DNA of 64,000 nucleotides from Oculina patagonica (Eukaryota): NCBI RefSeq assembly GCF_052425735.1, contig NC_135771.1, positions 8,060,001 to 8,124,000 of the forward strand, read 5' to 3'. Shown piece by piece: positions 40,121 to 51,000 of this stretch (position 1 is its first letter; each line of letters starts with the position of its first letter). The notes under the pieces were generated by a model. It saw only the letters and a program-made list of their open reading frames with translations, ran no database searches and was not told where the DNA came from. The position numbers and the translations under genes were made by a program.

Positions 40121-43100
40121 GAATTAGCTCAGTGGAACAATTTCCGACGTTTCATCGTGCAGATCAAGTAATCAGTAGAATTGTAAGCAATGTCATAAGG
40201 TGTTAACGCAAAAAGGGTGTAAACAGTTGAGAAGCTAAATAAAAAGTCAGCAACTAATCGAGAATTTTGAGTCTTCATTGCTTAACAAAACCACGCCGGT
40301 CTTTGAACACACGGCGTTAAGTACACTGGTGCCTAAGATTTGAGGCCCAAAGGAAAGGAAAACGCACACATTGTTTCTCTCTCAAAAAAGTTGTATTTTA
40401 GTAGCAAAAAAAAAACGTTTTTCTCATGCATGTGTTAATCTTTGAAAGAAATGCTGGAGAATAATTGTGTTTCATATGAAAGTCGTTGCCAAATTGAATT
40501 GTAAAATACAAATACACATTTTGCGTTTGGAGAAATATTCACAAAGAGTTTTAATTCAATTATTAGTCACTTAAAAACATATTTGGCGAGAAAAGGATCA
40601 ATTACTTCCATTAACAAACCTTTTTTATTTCGTTTCCTCAGAAACGAAATGGTATTGTTTTGGATTCGATGTGATTTATTTACACAGAATGGGCTACTAT
40701 CTAATCACTAGAACGCTCGTAAATCAGCAATGTCAACACGCTTTAGTAGAAGCAAACAACTTGGTAAAAACATGTTCTTCAAATATCGAAAGAGGACATT
40801 TTTACGAAACACGCATCTTTTCTTTATCATTGATAAGACTTAACGGGCGTAACCTTCAACTCTATTATATAGAAACTGCATAAAGTCATAATTATCTTTG
40901 TAGGGTTTTTCACGATTTATAGACGACTACATAAACCGTGTACGATCAAGACTTGATCGTGACGAGTCAAAAGAAGATAAAATATAGAAAGTCCTTGCAG
41001 TCTTTCTTCATTTTATAGGGCATCAACTCACAAATAGATAAGTACCTTGTAAAATAGCAAAGAATCCGAAAATTCGGGAAGAGCTTAATATGACGTTTGA
41101 GGAAGGGGGAGTATTTACACATGGCAATTTGCATTTGACAAATGTTTGGATCTATAATTGAAAAGGATAATGCGTTTGAAAATTTTTCGGTGCATAGAAG
41201 AAAACCGCACGGTAAAACTCTCTAAACACAATGATATGAAACCCTAAACAAGCCCTAAAATCGTTAAATGATCATTGATGGTCTCCGAGCATACTCTAAC
41301 GCGTTAACGACGTGAGTTAGAGAACAAGCTGATAGGAACACGGTCTTATTCTGTATTCTTGCCTGCGTAGCTGGCTAGAATACAGTAATTCCGGTCCCCG
41401 CTGATCAAGGGGACCGGAAACGAAGGTTAGATTAAAGATTGCGTGACCACCCCAAAGAGCTTACCGTGGAAGGTAGGATAGGGCATATAATCTGGAACCT
41501 TTCCCCCCCTCCCGTGAGATATTCAAGCTGAGATCGTTCTTTCTCAATACAACGAAAACCATTTAGTCAGGAAACAACCATCTCTCACTGTGTATTTTTA
41601 TCTCGTGTAACCCTGAACCTCACAAATTCTTTTAACCTAACTCGGTTTTCTTTACAGTTCTGACGAAGTTTCTTTGCTGTTTAACGAATTCGTCAACTTC
41701 GTTATTCGTTTTGTTGTAGGCAACCTAAAATTGGAACAATATCATGCCAACCAAATAATCAGTAGACTTGTAAGCAATGTCAGAAGTTGTTAACGAAAAG
41801 AAGGTGAAAACAATTGAGAAGCTAAATAAATGTCAGTAACTGGTCTAGAAATTGAGATTAAGCAACACTTGATGGATTTATTTCAAGGCGTATACAAAAC
41901 ACTGAAATTGTGAATGGGCAATGAAAACATTCTTTGTTGTTTTCCACGAGGTGTATGCAAAAGTGCCGAGGTGCAAAGAGAAAGGCAGCCTCCTACGCAG
42001 ACGTTCTTAGGTCTGCGTAGGACTGAAGCTAAGAGAAAGGAGAATTTAAGAACAATAAAACACGCATGTCTTTCAAACAGAACAAAGTAAGTTAAAGTTG
42101 GTAGAAACAACATAGTTTTATTCATACTCTTGCAATGTCAGTTAAAACTAAAAGCTTAATTCAAATAAAAAGAATTTTCAAGGATGTAAAGTTACTTTTC
42201 AAGCAATTTTTCCAAGACGTGTCTGCTTTATTCTCATTTCTTTTTGCCCGTGGCAGATTTTGTTCAATCAGCGGCACCCCACTTTGCTGATGTGTTGTAA
42301 TTAACGTAACGAAAGGCAAACTCTCTTGTAAAATTCGCTGAGCACGGTAATGACAATCGTGTAAATTCTGCAAAGCCGCAAGTAAAACATGTAAAATTTG
42401 TATTTTTCGCAAGACTGTAACTTAAAATCCAAAAAAATTTAAAATTTGTAATTTTCGTAACTGCGTGTATTTCTGGACATTTCTTCGCAAAGGGGCTAAG
42501 AGTAAAGAGAATTTAAGAACAAAAAAAAACATGCATGTCTTTCAAACAGAACAGAGTTAGCAAAAGTTGGAACAGACAACAAAGTTTTATTCAAACTTTT
42601 GCAACATCATTTAAAACTAAAAGCTTAATTCAAATAAAAAGGATTTTCAAGGATGTAAAGTTACTTTTCAAGCAATTTTTCCAAGATGTGTCTACTTTAT
42701 TCTCATTACTTTTTGCCAGTGGCAAATTTTGTTCAATCCGCAGCACCCCGCTTTGCTGGTGTGTTGTTATTAACATAACGAAAGGCGAAAACTCTTAATT
42801 ATAAAGTTACTGTTCAAGTTATTTTTCCAAGACGTGGCAAATTTTGTTCAATCCGCGGCACCCCGCTTTGCTGATGTGTTGTCATTAACATAACGAAAGG
42901 CAAAAACTCTTTTAAAATTTGCAAAGCACGGTAATGACAATCGTGTAAATTCTGCAAAGCCGCAAATAAAACATCTAAACTTTGTATTTTTTGGCAGAAC
43001 CGTAACTTAAGATCCAAAAAAATTAAAATTTGTAATTTTCGTTACTGCGTGTATTTCTGGACATTTCTTCGCCAAGGGGCTAAGAGTAAAGAGAATTTAA

Positions 43101-44302
43101 GAACAAAACTACAAACATGTCTTTCAAAGAAAACAAACTTAGAAGAAACAAAGGTTACATTCGGCAACCTCTTGCAACATCAAATGAAACTAAAAGCTTA
43201 ACCCAAATAAAATTAATTTTCAAGGATATAAAGTTACTTTTTAATCAATTCTTCCAAGATGATTGCTCAATTCTCATTACTTTTTGCCGGTGGCATTACT
43301 ACAGCCGACAACCTTGACTTTGAACGTTATGACCGATTTACAGAGTCAACATTCCACAAAGCATAGCAGCTATCCATGCAACGTTTGAGTTGAGCGTGTG
43401 CCTCCACGTATGTGTTTTGATAAAAAATTGCATAAAAGAGCAAATAATTCAAGGAACATCACTTCACTTGAAGAAGCTTTCACCTGACGAACGTCAAGCT
43501 ACACGAAGATACTTGAGGTTAGTGCGCGATTTATTTTGAAAAACGCTATACGCCTGGAGAATTTCTGAGTCAAAAACTGAATCTTACTCTTGTCAAACTG
43601 ATTTTCGCCGCAATGTTTTTTCACAATAAGGTAGCAATAACAGGGTCATCGAGAATACCTTCAAGAGTTTTATTCCAGTTGAGGAAAACAAGCTTTGGGC
43701 GTAACTTACTTGTGAAGGGATTTAAACTAAACAAATGTGTCCGGCAACTGTTTACATAAAATAGGAAAACTATCTTTCGAGATCTTGACTGAAACTTTCA
43801 AAAAAATATCGCATTTCGGTATGGCAAACGTATCAAGCGGACAAACAGTAGTTTAAGAGGATAAATGGTGTCTGCATTTCTCGTTCGGCCAACTGGTGTA
43901 AGATGTTCTTATTATCGTTCTTAAGTCTCAGTCGGTTTTTCTTGTGAGTGTTTCAGAACAGGATCAATCAGTACATTTGTATTACAGTTTCGAGCAAAAT
44001 TATCAGCTTTTACCTTCAGCAATTTCTTTATTCGTAAATTTAACATGAGTCTGAGAATAAGTGTAATACATTTGAAAAAACTCCTTTGTCGCCGTTCCAT
44101 CCAATCTACATTGGCATTTAACTGTGACTCGTAGTTGCGAATAGCAAACATCTTTTTACTAAAAAGAACTAATTTAACTAAGGTAGTAGAAAAGAATGCT
44201 TAGAGTATCTGGGATTTCTTGATCCAATCTGGTGAGAGTCGGAATGGTCTTTTAATTTCTCAGTTAACCGTAGTTGGTTATTCTCTTCCAGAATTCTCCA
44301 CC

Positions 44303-45044
44303 ATGAAGTGTTTTGTTGCTATTGGGATGCTCGTCTGCGCTGTTGTCTTAACAGGTAAAAGCTTGAACTGAAACCAAAGAAACTGAGACAAAGTTGAGAG
44401 TTGGCAAGTCTCTATCAATCTTTGCGAATTAATATATCTTGATCAGTAAATGTTCAGTTCTTTCTAGCAAAGACATAGCTAAGAACTGTAAGTTGTTCAC
44501 CCTCTAGTGCAACGCGACAAATCAATTTCTTGTGCCTGTATTTCAAATGTCTTTGTCTTAGAAAAGAAGGAAACTAGTTGCAGGCGGCCTTTCAGGCAGA
44601 AACAAGCCTAACGCTAATTTGTGTTCGTATATCTTAGATGCCTTCAACCCTGTTGGTGTGGCACTGAAAGGAGACAATGGTAAATATCTCGGTCGTGTTC
44701 AATGGAATGGAATTAACTACATCGAGGTGGCAAAGGACGGCCCAGGCCATTTCACAAGGTTCCTTGCAACAGAGAGCAATGGCAAACTGTTGCTGCAAGC
44801 AGACAACGGAAAATATCTGAGCAGAGTACGTTGGAACGGTATCGATTATATCGAGGCCGCAAAGGATGTCCCAGATGTGTTCTGCCATTTTTCAGTCCAC
44901 AATCAACCCGATGGTACTGTGGTGCTACAGGGCGACAATGGAAAGTACATGTCTCGAGTCCAGACTAACGGCATCGACTTCTATCAGGCGGCAAAAAGCC
45001 AGATTGATGTGTTTTGCAAATTGCATCTTGAATTTCAGTTGTAG
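44303..45044 (+). CDS. Secreted beta-trefoil protein, copy 6 (variants LQGDNG, KSQID)
   Basis: Exons 44303-44354 and 44638-45044, intact ORF. Confidence 0.88.
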
Positions 45045-45252
45045 GAATTAGCTCAGTGGAACAATTCCGACGTTTCATCATGCAGATCAAGTAATCAGTA
45101 GAATTGTAAGCAATGTCATAAGGTGTTAACGCAAAAAGGGTGTAAACAGTTGAGAGGCTAAATAAAAAGTCAGGAAGTAATCGAGAATATCGAGTCTTCA
45201 TTGCTTTACAAAACCACGTCTTTGAACACACGGCGTTAAGTATAAATAATAA

Positions 45253-45934
45253 CTAGTGGTAACCACAGGTTAGAAAGTGCGGGCCTCGATGCAGTTAAGA
45301 GAAGGTACTGGGAGGGAAGTATTTCAGACAGTGTCGATAAATCACTGGACAAAAGAAAATTATTCCGAGTCAGGTCGAGTAACGCGTCACGCTTAAGTCA
45401 CGAATGTTTTTTTATCGTTTCCTATTGCCGCGAACCAATCAGAGTTGTTTTTTTGATTGACAGTTTTGCGAATTGTAGTCGATTAGCGGTGTGAATTGAG
45501 ATGTGATTTTCCTCTGTCGGCAAACTCGCTTTGTTGTCAGTGTTATAAGGAATTTCTCGAGAATAACCGTTGTTGGAATCATTCGCTTTGCCGTAGTTTA
45601 TCTGTGATACAATCACAGCAGATCTTCTCAAAAGCAACACCTATAAAACAACGTCTGCAAAACGTAATGTCTGCAAGACAGAAGCCTCGATCTAATGTGA
45701 CAAACTGTTGATTTTTCGCATTCTTATCGCTCTTGGAGACAAGATTTTTCTCTTCTGGTGTTACGACAAACTGTCGTGATTGACACATTTTTTGCATTGC
45801 GATCGTTCTTAGTGGAAGAACAAAATTTTCAACTTCCGGTTTGCAGATAGCCTTTATAAACGTGGCGCGCACGCGTAATACGCAATCCGCTGGTCACTGT
45901 CAAGATTAGGGTTGCGGGCCTCTCTTGGGCCCGA
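45253..45934 (-). mobile_element. Helitron/Helentron-like non-autonomous element inserted into a SINE tail
   Basis: On the minus strand it begins TC(gggcccaagagaggcccgc) and ends ...taacctgtggttaccaCTAG with a small subterminal hairpin. No TSD; it sits within the TAAA-repeat tail. Confidence 0.55.
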
Positions 45935-46199
45935 AATAAAATAAATAAATAAATAAATGGGAATTTGCAGTGGTATTCCACAGGATGGCTCTTCCTCCAC
46001 TGTTCCAGATCGAATTGGAATTTAGCAGTGTTGATTTTTCCGGAGGGAGGGAAAACCGGAGAACCCGGAGAAACCCCTCTGAGCAAGGACGAGAACCAAC
46101 AACAAACTCAACCCACATATGACGCCGGGTCCGGGAATCGAGCCCGGGCCACATTGGTGGGAGGCGAGCGCTCTCACCACTGCGCCATCCCCGCTCCCC
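45935..46199 (-). mobile_element. tRNA-derived SINE (family 1) at the right border of the array
   Basis: Head ggggagcggggatggcgcagtggtgagagcg. The composite insert 45243-46203 is flanked by the direct repeat GTTAAGTA (45235-45242, 46204-46211). Confidence 0.85.
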
Positions 46200-48059
46200 A
46201 TAAGTTAAGTACATTGGTGCTTAAGATTTGAAGCCCAAAGGAAATGAAAACGCACACATTGTTTTAGGGGTTCGGAGAGCTCTCTTACTAATCGGATACT
46301 AAAGTTACATTTTAGTAGCCAAAAGAATTTTCTGATGTGTTAATCTTTGGAAGAAATGCTAGAGAATAATTGTGTTTGATGTAAAAGGCGTTGCTAAATT
46401 GAATTGTAAAATGCAAATGTCGCGCCTCATATTTTTGGAGAAATATTCTCAAAGAGTTTTAATAAAATCATTAGTCATTTTAAAAATATACTTGGCGAGA
46501 AAAGGAATAATTAATTCCATTAACAAACCCTTGTCGAGTTTCAAGAGGATTAAGCAACATTTGAGGATTAAGCAACATTTGTCGGCTTTATCCAAAGGCG
46601 TTTATAAGACACTGAAATTCTGAATGAGTAATAAAAACATTGTGTTATTTTCAACAAAAAAGACTATAATTGCTAAGTGACATTTATCTCTAGGTAAAGT
46701 GGTTATGAATTTATTTTCTTATCCATGGTAACATAACATATAGAAGTAGACCCTCAGCCGTGTCTATTGAAAATCCGCGAATCTGATTGGTTCTCCTAAT
46801 GTTTTCTATCAACGAATTGAAAACAATAGAAGAACCAATCAGATTCGCGGATTTCCAGTAGAATAAGACGGAGTTTCTACTAATCGCTGAAAGAACATGA
46901 TCGCGCGCGTTGCTCATAAAAGGGAGAATTATTTGTGATTTTTGGCTTAAAAATACCTAAAATTGTAGGTTTTGGACTACAATAATCTAGTGTCTAAAAA
47001 ACAGTTAGGCTACTCGCCCTCGTTTTCTATGAGCGATAATGCGCCTCGTTGACTATTCGCTCATAGAAAATTCGGTCTCGTAGTCTTATTGTTAAATATA
47101 TGTTGATTTCGCCTCTTCCTAGTCGCCCGCGCGATAGCAGATGAAAGTAAAAATACTTCACGTAATAGGCCTTATGCGTGATTACATTCGTTGCCAAGAT
47201 TCACCCCAGACCTCCTTTAAACGAAATTCTTCTGAGCCTTTGTACTGGTACCTTCTGACTGTTTACCTGGGGATTCTTTTCATCTTTGCTGCTTTGGAAA
47301 TTCGCTTATGAAAAATTTACGTTTCGAAAGCGAGGCGTGTAGATTGAGGTCATTCCCAGGTATTGCATCGCGCATCCCTACTGCGTGTAATTTTTACGCG
47401 TGATTGGCACGCGCGCATTAAAAAATGGCGGCTTTTTCTTTATGACTGGAGCTGGCCAGAGAGGTAAATCGTCATTTTCTCGAAAAACGAGTGTGGTGAG
47501 CTATCATTTTTTTTTTCCTGCTGTTTTGTCTTGAGTGGTAACCTTCTTTCTGTAGAATAAATATGGGCGAATTCTCAGTGTAGTATAAGAAGAAATCGTC
47601 GGAAATGTGAATTTAGCAAGCAATCGTGACAAAAATCATGGCGATATTATAAGGATTTATTGGGTTGAAACAGGTTCAAACAAGGTGCTGTTGCTCGTAA
47701 ACGAGCATGGAGCACCCCCATTTTTATTTTAAAACTTAAATTGCTATAACATAAACGATCAATTGGCAAAGTTTGACAAAAATCTCAGTGCAGGTTCTAT
47801 TTTAGTGGGATAAGGGCTGTTAGGCATTTGAAACATTTTCTATTTGTCTGCTGTTGGCAGCGTGCGTTATCGAATTGACTGGATTTCAAGTTAGCTAAAA
47901 GCGATTTTAGTTTTTAGCCATTTATTTATTTGTATTCTACAAAAAGACAAGTATAGCATGTTATTTATTCACAGAACTTTAGACAGTTTATGCCTTACAA
48001 ATTCTGAATGTTAGTATGGCCCCCCAATGGTGAGGGTCGATGAAGGATAAGTTAGGTCT

Positions 48060-51000
48060 TCACAACGTTGGTAGGTGCGCCACTCCTAATTTGTCAGCAA
48101 TATCATCCTACAAACAACACAACCACCATACATTAATTTCATAGATTAGAGCAATTTTCACTTGAGTATCGAAAGTAATTCGCGTTTGCTTTGGTTTCGT
48201 ATTTCTACGCTTTCTAATTGGTTTAAAAACTCCCGTCACGTTCTCAACCAATCAGAAGTAAAACCAAAGCCAGTCGTGATTCGCTCGTTTTCCCGCGCTT
48301 CGTGCCGGCTACGTGTATTTGCTGCAATTCTTATTGGTCCACTGGATTGTCTGTGTCCTTTGTGATTGGCCAGAGTGATGACTTTGGTTTTGGTTTTACG
48401 ACAACCAATCGAAAATCGCTCTATTGTAAGAGAGATGTTCGATTAGCTGTCGAAAGCAACTATGTGTTTGCTTTTGCTGTGCGTTTTATCACATGCAACG
48501 TATTCTACCCAATCAGAGCAAACGGCTGTGTATTAAGGGGGGGGGGGGTCCTTCTTAACTACAGATCTAGAGCAGTTGCTAAGGAATTGCTAAAGATTTT
48601 TTTGTGGCAAGCCGTTTTTTGGAGTGTTTGTCAGATATGGCCGTAATTTGAAACACTTAAAGGACTCTTCAATGGAACAAAGTTGCGCAAAAAGCTTATC
48701 CGTAGGAGGTTTGCTTTCTAAAAAATGACGGTCAGAAACTTTTCTTAGCAACAAATTGGTAGCTAAGAAAAGACTCCCCTTAACATTCAGGAGCAAAGAA
48801 AAGCCATTTGTGACTGGGCGCTCACTGAATATTTTCCCGCGCTTGGCACTGGTTGTAAGTTCTCTCGCGCTTGGTAACGGTTTTTTGACTTGTTTCCCGC
48901 GCCTGGCACGGATTTCATGTTTTCCCGCGCTTGTCACCGGTTGCATGTTTTCTCGCGCTTGGCACCGATTATATGTTTCCCGCGCTTGGTAACGGCTTTG
49001 TTTTGTTTCGAATTCTGATTGGTTCATTGTGTTCTTTTCGTTTGATGTGATTGGTCACTTACCATGGCTTGCAACACGTTGACGTGATATTGAATGCCGC
49101 CATCTTGTCGAACTTTGCGCATGTGCTCTCTTTCGGGATCGCCAGCTACAAGTACTGCAGTCTCGCCTTCTGCCTAGAAAACACAAATGACCGTTAGATG
49201 CCACGACAAAATGTTCACACAATTTTATTTTAACTCGTGCGTTTTTGTTTGTTTGCTCATTTTGTTAACCAAAGGGTCAGGGCAAAGTGTCCGTATTATA
49301 GAGGTCACCACGATGACGTCACTTTTATGAATCCTCAGACAGTTTCAAGTGTTCAATAATTCAAAACAAGTCCACACTCCTGACACTCGTCTTTTAACTA
49401 CATCACAAATGATAACAATACAGCATCCACACACTGGCTATCAATAAAGTACTATACTGTTAGCCCATTGAACGTCTCAGCCACATCCTAGTGTATATGA
49501 ATCACTGTTTTCAAACGAAATGATCCACAACGCAATGCCGCATGCAAAAACGTAACATGGAGTACAATTCTGAAAGCATTTAAGGTAAATAAAGCGTAAC
49601 TGCTTTTGTAACTACAAACAGAAAAATTATATTACAAACACAAACTATCATCATCTGATCACTGGAGTGTCCGTAATAATAAAGAGAATACAGTTATATG
49701 AATTTGCTCCCTGGGGCCGAGATTTAGTGTCCGATGTCATTAAAGAGGTTTTTCAGAAAATATGAGAGAACTTTGTCGGGACATCGGAAATTGTCGGTAA
49801 TGGATAGGTGCCCATAAGGAGAGGTTTGACTGTAGTTGTTGTATCACATACCGGCTGTAAATTTCTGTATTGATCCATCAGAGCTTGCATACGATCCTCA
49901 AATCCGTCAGCAAACGCTTTAGGATTCACAGCTACGAAACACTGACCCTGTGGAAAAAAAAATAAATAACAAGGGTAAAATAACCACAGTATTGGCGACT
50001 CTAAGAGATCTTTCTCGTCATTTTGAACTTTTCGGCTTGCTCAGTTTACCAATTTTAACGAGGGAAAAAAACAAATAATTTTGTTACCAAGTTAGACACT
50101 CTTTCGTCCTCTCCTTGCCATCGCTTGATGTTCGTTCCAAATGCAGATCCCGACAAAACTCCACAGAACACATCGACCATCATGGCTAGTCCGTAGCCTT
50201 TATAGCCACCTGACAAATGCACAAGATTAGCATAACCTAGCCGATGACTATTGGCAAAAGGCGCAATCTGATTGGCTACACAGGAATCGATAGACGGCTC
50301 TCGGGGCGCGCTTAGTTTTTCGCTGAATTTTCTCAATTAAAATCTTCAAAATATCAATTCAGGCGATATTCTTCGTTTAATAGATCAGTTTAATAGATCA
50401 GCCACTGGGTTAAACTGGAAAAATTAGACGGCTCGCTCTCGGCTTCTATCGACTTTGTTAGTTGGCTATCAGCTAGCAGCCGATTGAAATCTCAAACTTG
50501 CCGTCTAATTGTTAAATAGTCCAGATCTCAACCTCGTTCCCAGGGCTTTTCCCTTGGTGATTTGGAACAGGCGGGAGAAGACCCTGGCATCGGCTGGTCA
50601 TGTGACCTCCATACACCCGAAAATCTTGGGTGTAATACATTTTCTGCTGCATGAATATTCGAAATCGAGGCTCTAATTTCATGGTGAATTATCACAGCAA
50701 TATGACGCAAGCGGGTCACAAGTTTTCTCTTTACCCGCCCGTTCCAAATCACCAAGGGAAAAGCCCTGGGAACAAGGTTGTCCAGTTCTGGCTTAGTCTA
50801 TCCGTCACGCAACACTACGCTCACGGACGAGAGGGTCTCCAGCGTTGCGTGACAGGAAGAAAAGGTAAGGACTGGACTTTCACACAGCAATGCACCACGT
50901 GGAATAAAAGGGAACTCAAGGGGGAACAACATGGCAGGCAAACACGCGCGCACTCACCCAAGCCCCTACTCGCTCGCGCACAGATTCACTACTTACTCAG

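Larger units (their letters stand above)
14281..45242 (+). repeat. Gene-containing tandem array, ~4.92-kb unit, five full units plus one partial
   Basis: The marker ggcatataatctggaacc recurs at about 14281, 21780, 26710, 31635, 36560 and 41482. Stop codons are spaced 4925, 4929, 4925, 4917 and 4924 bp apart. Units are near-identical by eye. Confidence 0.97.

Noticed and set aside
14666-44151. Recurrent short ORFs in the unit spacers (MNKTMLFL, MRKIQILH, MSFKQNRV, MIYLHRMG, MFAIRNYE)
   Set aside because: They recur only because the DNA is tandemly duplicated. They have no recognisable motifs, and several are broken or altered by indels between units.
17421-45242. CRISPR-like or prokaryotic system interpretation of the repeats
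   Set aside because: There are no short direct repeats with unique spacers and no cas-like ORFs; the window is spliceosomal-intron eukaryotic DNA.
48590-49027. 145-aa minus-strand ORF in the last intron of paralog B
   Set aside because: It derives from a ~30-bp minisatellite repeat; exons 11 and 12 splice in frame without it.
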